DNA from: a virus
DNA: 64,000 nucleotides
Direction: 5' to 3' (one strand)
IMG/VR virus record: IMGVR_UViG_3300045119_000157
Span: 1-64,000 of that record
The notes under the pieces are model-generated. The model worked only from the letters and a program-made list of their open reading frames with translations, ran no database searches and was not told the DNA's origin. The position numbers were made by a program, and so were the translations under genes. Of this stretch, positions 56,896-64,000 are shown in pieces; position 1 is the first letter of the stretch; the number at the start of each line of letters is the position of its first letter.

Positions 56896-57605
56896 CGCAG
56901 CCAGCCCTCGGGCAGCTTCTCGACCAGTTACGCCCGTACCTGGCGGGCATGATCTCGACGTCGTTCGACGAGTTCAAACGGAAGCTGCCGACGACGACGT
57001 ACGGGCCGGGGACGGTCGTGTCGACCGACGCGAACACCGGGATCTGCCAGGTGATACCGGACGAGTCGACGGCGGGCGAAACGATCCAGGCGCATTCCCT
57101 GACTGGGATCCCGGCGAAGTCGGCGCGGGTGATGCTTCAGTTCTCGCCGCCGAGCGGCGTGTACATCGTCGGGTACCTGTCCTCGATGCGGGGCTGCCAG
57201 CCGATCGGGTTCAGCGTCCGCCTCAACACACCGCAGACGGTCGCGACGGGCGGTTCCGGGGCGACGCTGCTGTGGGACACGACTGTCAGTGACGACTACG
57301 GGTTCCTCTCCGGCGGTGTCGCGACGGTCCCCGCGGCGCTCGGTGGCCGGTACGTGATCTCGCTGACCGGCCAGTACGACACGGCACCGACGGCCGGGCA
57401 GAACGCGTCGCTCGACATTCGTGTCACGACGGGAGCGGCGCTGACCCTGTTCCGTGGCGGCTGCCCGCCTGGCGAGATCGTGTCGTCGCCGTGCGCGGCG
57501 GTGACGTTGTATCCGGGGACGCAGGTCATCCTCGCTGCGTTCCACACGACCGGCGCGCCTCGCACCGTCATCGCGTCAGCCGAGCTATGGCGGCTCGGCG
57601 ACTGA
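56892..57605 (+). CDS. minor tail protein
   Basis: GTVVS OB-like start, C1q-like C-terminus. Confidence 0.6.
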   Translation: MTQPALGQLLDQLRPYLAGMISTSFDEFKRKLPTTTYGPGTVVSTDANTGICQVIPDESTAGETIQAHSLTGIPAKSARVMLQFSPPSGVYIVGYLSSMRGCQPIGFSVRLNTPQTVATGGSGATLLWDTTVSDDYGFLSGGVATVPAALGGRYVISLTGQYDTAPTAGQNASLDIRVTTGAALTLFRGGCPPGEIVSSPCAAVTLYPGTQVILAAFHTTGAPRTVIASAELWRLGD

Positions 57606-57693
57606 TCCCCGACCCGAAAGGGCAGCCTAAGTACCATGCGAACGCATGGGAGCCGATGTCTGTGCGCGGGAACGTCTCCCCGTTTGATGGCCT

Positions 57694-58050
57694 GTGGACC
57701 TCTTTCTCGTATGGGTGCTCGCGCAGTCCGCGCCCGGTCCGCCGGACCTGTCACCGCTCGCGTACTACGGCGTCGCCGGACTGTTCCTCGCGACGCTGCT
57801 GTGGCTGCTCATCTTCCTGCTCATGGCGGAACGACGGGAACACAAGGAGCTTCAGAAGAAGGTGCTCGAAGAGTTCCTCCCCGCGATCATCGCGGCGACA
57901 GCGCAGCAGCGCGAGGCCACGGAGGCGCTCCGGGAGGTAGCGTCGAGACCGACGTTAGAACCTACGGCTATGGCCGAATGGGTGCGGACGATGGACCGAC
58001 TTCAGGATCGTCTCAATGCTGACGAGGTACGACGAAGGCGGGCCGATTGA
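57694..58050 (+). CDS. membrane protein (lysis-module-like)
   Basis: YGVAGLFLATLLWLLIF helix plus coiled-coil. Confidence 0.6.
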   Translation: MDLFLVWVLAQSAPGPPDLSPLAYYGVAGLFLATLLWLLIFLLMAERREHKELQKKVLEEFLPAIIAATAQQREATEALREVASRPTLEPTAMAEWVRTMDRLQDRLNADEVRRRRAD

Positions 58051-58214
58051 CGTGCCCGTGCCGTTCCCGCGTTTTCTCATCAAGGAGACGGTCCTGATCG
58101 ACCTCCTCGACCAGGCGATTGCTGAGTCGCTGGTCGCGACGGAGCACGCGCGCCGGGTGACGGAACGCGTGAAGGTACGATTGCATTCACAGGTGAGGGC
58201 GGCGGACGAATCGA

Positions 58215-58910
58215 GTGAAGGTGGCGGGGGACGACACGATTGACCTCACTGAGCCGGTGTCGAATGAGCGGCTCTATGGGGAGATGGTCACGTTACGTGG
58301 GGCGCTGAACCGTGAACGCTGGCATAAGCGGCTCCTGCTCATCGCCGTCGTCGCGCTGTTCATTCTTGGGTCGGTTGCGGCGTGGAATCGCGCCGAGATC
58401 CAGCGGGAGGTCAACCAGAACGCGACAACGCTGCATCGACTCGATGACACGCAGCGGCTCCTCGATGAGCAGGGTGCCCGGCTGAATGCTCAGAGCGCCA
58501 CGACGAACGTCGCTCTCTGCGGCGCGGTCGAGGGACTCCTGAACGCCGGGATCGACGAGAAGATCCCTCTCACGGTGAAGGACCAGTGGCTGCGGCAGGC
58601 GGAAATCAATCAGCGGCAGGCGGACGTCGAGGCGAATCTCATGTCGATCAACTGCCATCTGAATCTGCATCCGGTTCCGCCGCCGGAGCCGACGGCGAAG
58701 GCGACGCCGGAGCCGAAGACGACGACGCGGTCGCCGACGGCGTTCGTGCCGTCGACCTCGACGCGGTCCGCTCCGGCTGCGACCCCGGAGCCAGCGACCA
58801 CGTTCGCCGTCCCGACCATGACGCTACCGCCGTCCACGGTTCCACCGAGGACCACGACCACGACCACGACCACGACGGCACCGTGTAAACGAAAGAGCGG
58901 GCGCTGCTGA
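58215..58910 (+). CDS. membrane protein with Pro/Thr-rich tail
   Basis: One TM helix, coiled-coil, PT-rich C-terminus; start uncertain. Confidence 0.6.
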   Translation: MKVAGDDTIDLTEPVSNERLYGEMVTLRGALNRERWHKRLLLIAVVALFILGSVAAWNRAEIQREVNQNATTLHRLDDTQRLLDEQGARLNAQSATTNVALCGAVEGLLNAGIDEKIPLTVKDQWLRQAEINQRQADVEANLMSINCHLNLHPVPPPEPTAKATPEPKTTTRSPTAFVPSTSTRSAPAATPEPATTFAVPTMTLPPSTVPPRTTTTTTTTTAPCKRKSGRC

Positions 58911-58951
58911 TCCACGGCAGCCGACCGGGACGCCCGTTAGCATCCGGGGTC

Positions 58952-59296
58952 ATGGAAACAGTCGTGTTCGCGACGCTGGTCTTGCAGGTCACTGACTTCC
59001 TGCGGGAACTGGCGAACTTCAGATCGAACCTGTCGTCCGTGGTGACGCAGGCGACCGCGTGGATCGCGGGGATCATCCTCGTCGTGCTCGGCGCTCACGC
59101 CGCGGTCACGGCGGGACTGGTGCTGCCCGGATCGGGTCAGGCGCTCGGGACACTGGACGGGCCGTCGCAGATCCTTGTCGGGCTGCTCGTCGCGTCGCTC
59201 GGGTCGACGGTCGTGGACGTGAAGCAGGCGCTCGACGGGTCCGACTCGGCCGCGAAGCCGCCGCTGATCGGACCGCCGCCCGCGTCCGGCACCTGA
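58952..59296 (+). CDS. holin-like membrane protein
   Basis: 114 aa, 2-3 hydrophobic helices, end of the late region. Confidence 0.6.
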   Translation: METVVFATLVLQVTDFLRELANFRSNLSSVVTQATAWIAGIILVVLGAHAAVTAGLVLPGSGQALGTLDGPSQILVGLLVASLGSTVVDVKQALDGSDSAAKPPLIGPPPASGT

Positions 59297-59308
59297 CCTG
59301 CCCCGTCT

Positions 59309-59350
59309 GGCCTGCGTGCCCGTAACCCCCACCCGTACGGCACGCAGGCC
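59309..59350 (+). terminator. hairpin ending the late operon
   Basis: GGCCTGCGTGCC...GGCACGCAGGCC. Confidence 0.65.
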
Positions 59351-59363
59351 AGAAACCGCCCTC

Positions 59364-59400
59364 TGGACAGGCGTGCTACACTGAGTGTACGGGTCGGTAG
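59364..59400 (+). promoter_or_regulatory. degenerate class I promoter/operator copy 13
   Basis: TGGACA-N18-TACGGG with TACAC-TGA-GTGTA. Confidence 0.6.
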
Positions 59401-59429
59401 ATGGCCGACTGTGAGTGAAGGAGAACCCG

Positions 59430-60902
59430 ATGGGCAAGACGGATGAGTGGTTCGCGGTGGACCGGAAAGGTCTGGCGCAGATCTTGGAGCGGCGCGGGAA
59501 AGCGTTCGCGGTGCTGGAACTCCTGTCGAATGCGTGGGATCAGAACGTGACGACTGTCGACGTGGCACTGGTCGCGGCGGATAAGCGGGCGACGTACAGG
59601 CTCGTCGTGACCGACGACGACCCGGACGGGTTCGCTGATCTGACGCACGCTTACACGCTGTTCGCGCCGTCGGTGAAGAAGGGTGACGCGGAGAAGCGTG
59701 GCCGGTTCAACCTCGGCGAGAAGCTCGTGTTGGCGCTGTGCGACGAGGCGGTCATCGCCTCCACGAAGGGGACGATCCATTTCTCGGCTGCGGGGCGTAC
59801 CGCTGGGACACGGAGGACGCGTGACGCCGGGTCGGAGTTCCGTGGCGTCGTGCGAATGAACCAGCGGGAGTACACCGAAGTCTGCACCGCGGTCGGGACG
59901 GTCATCCCTCCGGCCGGGATCACCACGACGTTCAATGGGGTCACGATCCCGGTGCGGGTGCCGGTCCACTTCTTCGACGTGTCGCTGCTGACGGAGGTAG
60001 CGGACGACGAGGGGAACCTGCGCCGAGCGACACGGAAGACGCGGGTGACGTTGTACGAGCCGCTCCCCGGTGAGACACCGACGGTGTACGAGATGGGTAT
60101 CCCAGTCGTGGAGCAGGACGACCGCTGGCACATCGACGTCGGCCAGAAGGTCCCGATGAACATGGACCGCGACGGCGTCCCGCCAGCCTGGCTGCGTACC
60201 GTCCGCACCGCCATCCTGAACGAGACGTTCGACCGGCTGTCCGCGGAGGAGGCGAACTCGACGTGGGCGAAGGAAGCAGCGGAGGATCCGAGGGCGTCGA
60301 CCGACGCGGTGTCGGCATGGGTGGAGAAGCGGTTCGGTGACAAGGTCGTCGCCTACGACCCGTCAGACCGGGAGGCGAACAACATCGCCGTCGCTCAGGG
60401 GTACACCGTCGTCCACGGGTCGCAGATGTCGAAGGCCGGATGGCAGAACGTCCGGCGGGCCGAGGCGATCCAGCCTGCGGGGAAGGTGACACCGTCACCG
60501 TCGGCGCTGCTGAACGACCTGTTCGGTCCGAACGGGAAGGACATCACCGTCCCCGACGAGAAGCGCACCGACGGGCAGCACCGGATGATCGCGTACGCCA
60601 GGGACGTATCCCGGCATCTGCTCGGGTTCGAAGTGGCCGTGAACATCGTGTCGGAGATGACCGCCCCGGCGGCAGCGTGGTACGGGAGTCGGACGTTGAC
60701 GTTCAACGTGGGACGCCTCGGGCACGCATGGTTCGACCGGCCGGATCAGGAACGGGTCGACGCCCTGTTGATCCACGAGTTCGCTCACGACCGGGCAGCG
60801 AACCATCTAGACCATTCGTTCCACGACGAGTGCTGCCGGTTGGGTGCCCGGCTGCGGACGTACACGGGGACGGTGCTGTCGATGGCTGTGGACGCGGGGT
60901 AG
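59430..60902 (+). CDS. GHKL (HATPase) ATPase with C-terminal HEXXH motif
   Basis: ELLSNAWD, DDDPDG, RGRFNLGEK; LLIHEFAH...H. Confidence 0.8.
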   Translation: MGKTDEWFAVDRKGLAQILERRGKAFAVLELLSNAWDQNVTTVDVALVAADKRATYRLVVTDDDPDGFADLTHAYTLFAPSVKKGDAEKRGRFNLGEKLVLALCDEAVIASTKGTIHFSAAGRTAGTRRTRDAGSEFRGVVRMNQREYTEVCTAVGTVIPPAGITTTFNGVTIPVRVPVHFFDVSLLTEVADDEGNLRRATRKTRVTLYEPLPGETPTVYEMGIPVVEQDDRWHIDVGQKVPMNMDRDGVPPAWLRTVRTAILNETFDRLSAEEANSTWAKEAAEDPRASTDAVSAWVEKRFGDKVVAYDPSDREANNIAVAQGYTVVHGSQMSKAGWQNVRRAEAIQPAGKVTPSPSALLNDLFGPNGKDITVPDEKRTDGQHRMIAYARDVSRHLLGFEVAVNIVSEMTAPAAAWYGSRTLTFNVGRLGHAWFDRPDQERVDALLIHEFAHDRAANHLDHSFHDECCRLGARLRTYTGTVLSMAVDAG

Positions 60903-61032
60903 GGTCGCCGCCGCGGAGACGGCGAAGTGGTGGACGTCGGGTCCCTTGTTCTCCTGGCCCGGCGTCCGCCACTGTCACACCCCCCGCGTACGATGATGGT
61001 GTAGGGTGCTACCCGTCAGGAAGGAGACGCCG

Positions 61033-61653
61033 ATGGCAACAGACGAGCTAGGTGCTGACCTTGCTGCGTTCGCCGCGGAACCATTCGAGAGCACGGACCC
61101 GTCCGTGCCGCTACCACCACCCGAGGACGCTGACGCTGCGAACCGGATCCTCCGGCGGCTGCGGTCCCATCACGCCCGCCGGGAGGAACTACTCGACCGC
61201 TACCAGGCGGAAGCGGACATGCTGACCGCGTGGCGTGATGACCGGCTCGCCGGGATCGACGCGCAGATCGACCGGCTCGCTCTGTCGCTGGAAGGCTGGA
61301 TGCGGTCCCGTTCCGACGAGGCGGGTGTGGCGACGGAGCATCTGCCCGCCGGGGAACTGTGGCTCCGCACCGGACGCTCGTCGGTCATGGTCACCGACGA
61401 GCAGGCCGCGTTCGAATGGGCAGTCGCGCACGACGTGAACGTCCGGGTCCGCAGCGAGGTCGACAAGCGTGCGCTCGCTGACGTGATCCATCCCGGCCCG
61501 CTGCTCGACGCTGCACCGCATGACCCGCCCGGTTACGACTACGCCGTGGCGCTCACCGCTGACGCTGAGGTCGTGCCCGGTGTCGTGCTCCGCCGTCCGT
61601 CCCGTCCCGCTTTCACTGTCCACCCGTACAAGGAGAACCACGATGAGTCTTGA
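61033..61653 (+). CDS. Gam/Gp157-like host-nuclease inhibitor
   Basis: Coiled-coil N-terminus, LPAGELWLR, EVDKRAL, EVVPGV. Confidence 0.65.
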   Translation: MATDELGADLAAFAAEPFESTDPSVPLPPPEDADAANRILRRLRSHHARREELLDRYQAEADMLTAWRDDRLAGIDAQIDRLALSLEGWMRSRSDEAGVATEHLPAGELWLRTGRSSVMVTDEQAAFEWAVAHDVNVRVRSEVDKRALADVIHPGPLLDAAPHDPPGYDYAVALTADAEVVPGVVLRRPSRPAFTVHPYKENHDES

Positions 61654-63004
61654 CACCGACCCGGTAGCCGCGGCTGCTGCCCACTACGACGGGGAACCCG
61701 TCGCCTCGTTCCACACTGACGCTTTCGACAACGATGACGACCCGGTCGAGGTCGCTGACCGGCTACCTGTCCGGCATGAGGCGGACACGCTGATCCCGCT
61801 CCGCGAGGAACTCGCAGGCACCGCAGCGATGGCGGTCACGCTCGCCCGTGCTCAGGTCGTCCCGGCGGCGCTGCGGAACCAGCCGCACAACGTGTTCGCC
61901 GTCCTCCTCACCGGCCGCGAACTCGGTGTCGCGCCGATGACCGCTGTCCGGAACTTCCATGTGATCGACGGGCAGGTCACGATCCCGCCGAAGTTCAAGA
62001 TGGGCCAGGTCCGGAAGATGGGACTCGGGACGGTGTACCCGCACTCCGGTCCCCGCCGGATGCCGTGCCCGCGGCTCGCGGACCCTGAGCACGGCGGCGA
62101 CTGTGCGGCGTGCCGCGGTGAGGGGTTCGTGGTGAAGGTCTGCCCGTGCGGCAGCAGCGAACCTGACAACGACGGGGAGCGCGCCGTCTGGCACGCCGAA
62201 CGGAAGGACACGCCGGGGATCATCTTCACGTCCGGGTACTCGATCGAGGAAGCCGACTCGGCCGGGCTGATCAGCAAGTCGAACTGGAAGATGTACCCGG
62301 CCCGGATGCTGTCGCACCGTGCCGCCGGATACCTCCTCGATGACGCGTTCAGCGAGGTCGCGACCGGGCTGTACACGCCCGACGAGTTGGGTGCCGTCAC
62401 TGACGAGGACGGGAACGTGATCGACGTCGACTCGACGGAGTCGCTGATCGCCCCGGCGAAGTCGACGGCGCCGCCCGCTCAGCCGGACGTCCTGGCCGAG
62501 TTCAAACGGCGGATCGCGAAGCTCACGCCCGAAGCGAAGGCCCGGCTCGCGGACGAGTGGAAGGCCCGCCCGGACCTCCCGAAGCTGGATGACTTGCGGT
62601 ACACGCAGCAGACGGTCGTCGCCGCGCTCATCGCTGCCGCCGAGAAGGAATCGAAGCCTGCTCTCGAACCCGCCGCGGACGCAGCGCCGCCCGTGACACC
62701 GGAAGCCCCGGAGACACCCCTAGAAGCCGCTGTAACGCCCGACGAGCCGACGCAGGCCGTACCGCCGGTCCCGCCACCCTTCGACGCTGAGGGGCTGACC
62801 GACGAGGACGACGACATGGCATGGGCGGAACGCGCACCGGACGAGTGGGTGAGCGAAACGATCGAGGAGGTCACTGCGCTCGACGCGAAGGAAATGCGGA
62901 GCCGAGCGAAAGCCCTGTCGCTCCCGCTGACGGGCGGCGAAGCGACGATCCGCGTGGCGCTCACGTCCCGGCTGATCCGCCGCCGCATGGAACACGCCCT
63001 GTGA
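61643..63004 (+). CDS. RecT-like single-strand annealing protein
   Basis: VPAALRNQP..V...GRELGV.PM.A...HVIDG; NWKMYPARML..RA......AF...GLYTPDEL. Confidence 0.75.
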   Translation: MSLDTDPVAAAAAHYDGEPVASFHTDAFDNDDDPVEVADRLPVRHEADTLIPLREELAGTAAMAVTLARAQVVPAALRNQPHNVFAVLLTGRELGVAPMTAVRNFHVIDGQVTIPPKFKMGQVRKMGLGTVYPHSGPRRMPCPRLADPEHGGDCAACRGEGFVVKVCPCGSSEPDNDGERAVWHAERKDTPGIIFTSGYSIEEADSAGLISKSNWKMYPARMLSHRAAGYLLDDAFSEVATGLYTPDELGAVTDEDGNVIDVDSTESLIAPAKSTAPPAQPDVLAEFKRRIAKLTPEAKARLADEWKARPDLPKLDDLRYTQQTVVAALIAAAEKESKPALEPAADAAPPVTPEAPETPLEAAVTPDEPTQAVPPVPPPFDAEGLTDEDDDMAWAERAPDEWVSETIEEVTALDAKEMRSRAKALSLPLTGGEATIRVALTSRLIRRRMEHAL

Positions 63005-63801
63005 GCAGACGCCAGACCGGGACGCTGTTCTGGCTGCCGGTCATCCTCGACTGCGAAGACCTCGACCCGACCGAGACGCTCCTGCTGGTCGCGATGGCCG
63101 ACCACATCGACGCCGACGACCAGTGCTGGCCCGGCATCGACACGCTCGCCGCCGCAGCCCGTGTCTCGTACCCGACCGCAAGCCGCCGCCTGAAGGCGCT
63201 CGTCGACCGAGGGTTCATCACACGGGAACGGCGGCACAGCCAGCACGGCCACCTGAGTTCGTACACGTACACGTTCGTCCGTGAAGCGTTCGGCCTAGTG
63301 ATCAAATCGATCACTGGTCCAGCGCGCAAAACCGACCCGCCTAGCGCGCACCCTGATGGTGACTGGTCCAGTGATCACCCTGGTGCGCGAGGAACCACCC
63401 AGTCTTTAGAACCGCGTAAACAGAACCGCCCAACCCCTGCGAACAATGCTGCGAACAATGATGCTGTTCGCAAGGCGGCACGGCGGGTAGTCGATGACTG
63501 GTGGGAGGCACGGAAGGCCGCGGGCGTGTCCCCGGCGCAGCCGTACATCGCGGTCGTGAAGATCGTGGACACGGCACTGCGGAACGGTGTGAGCGTGAAT
63601 GACCTCACGGCCGCGTTGCGGGACACGCCGACGGTGACGGGCGCGTCGTTGGAGTTCACGCTGTCGAAGCTGCGCGGCCGGGTGGGGCGTGCGGCGCCGA
63701 ACGTGTCGTCGGCTGCGGCGGAGCAGATCGTGGCGGACTACGCGGAAACGAACGGGAGTCCACGCAACCGGCCGGGTAGCCCACTACCCTTGCCGCCGTG
63801 A
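63001..63801 (+). CDS. HTH replication initiator-like protein
   Basis: LLLVAMAD...CWPGIDTLA....SYPTASRRLKALVDRGFITR. Confidence 0.75.
   Translation: MSRRQTGTLFWLPVILDCEDLDPTETLLLVAMADHIDADDQCWPGIDTLAAAARVSYPTASRRLKALVDRGFITRERRHSQHGHLSSYTYTFVREAFGLVIKSITGPARKTDPPSAHPDGDWSSDHPGARGTTQSLEPRKQNRPTPANNAANNDAVRKAARRVVDDWWEARKAAGVSPAQPYIAVVKIVDTALRNGVSVNDLTAALRDTPTVTGASLEFTLSKLRGRVGRAAPNVSSAAAEQIVADYAETNGSPRNRPGSPLPLPP
63774..63797 (+). promoter_or_regulatory. class II element GGGTAG-CCCA-CTACCCT-N7-GTG
   Basis: Seen directly. Confidence 0.6.
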
Positions 63802-64000
63802 ACGCGGTCGAGGTCGAAGCTCTGCTGCTGCGGGTCGACGTGACGTACCCGCACGGGCAACTGTCCGAGATCGAAAGGCGGATGCGGATCGAGGAATGGC
63901 TCGACTCGTCCGCCGCGGCGTTCGACTGGCCGGACGTGGGGCGTGCCGCGTGGCGGCGATGGAAGGATCAGCGGGACCGTCCGCCGACTCCTCACCAGTT
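63798..64000 (+). CDS. partial CDS, possible helicase loader/inhibitor
   Basis: VNAVEVEALLLRVDVTYP...EEWLD; follows the initiator and runs off the window. Confidence 0.4.
   Translation, partial: MNAVEVEALLLRVDVTYPHGQLSEIERRMRIEEWLDSSAAAFDWPDVGRAAWRRWKDQRDRPPTPHQ

Noticed and set aside
1-64000. Integrase, att site or host genes indicating a prophage boundary
   Set aside because: None recognisable; lifestyle cannot be determined from this window.

Overview
About 64 kb of a high-GC tailed phage or prophage genome with an actinobacteriophage-like siphovirus layout, encoded almost entirely on the + strand. The order is: 3' end of a probable endolysin, small terminase-like gene, RHH regulator, small accessory genes, large terminase (4904-6559), a ~21 kb accessory block, portal(-MuF), protease, two capsid proteins, major tail, HNH, tail-fibre-like genes, head-tail genes, tail chaperones with a -1 frameshift, a 2483-aa tape measure, minor tails, membrane/holin genes, then GHKL ATPase, Gam-like, RecT-like and replication-initiator genes. 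The accessory block holds glycosyl/methyltransferases, secreted and wall-anchored proteins and many tiny ORFs. No integrase, tRNA or CRISPR array was seen. The most notable features are non-coding. (i) A promoter/operator element TGGACA-N17-TA(T/C)G(T/G)T containing the palindrome GTRCAC-N3-GTGTAY occurs 13 times (one degenerate), mostly 6 nt before a probably leaderless ATG, and ten unrelated ORFs start with ME(K/T)PM. (ii) One copy of that promoter is followed by a ~350-nt highly structured non-coding region (10898-11250) whose 5' and 3' ends pair, a candidate large ncRNA. (iii) A second palindromic element GGGTAG-N4-CTACCCT-N7-start precedes terminase and other genes. (iv) A ~27-bp repeat sits at the junctions of adjacent accessory genes. 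All product calls come from motifs recognised by eye; no database search was run.
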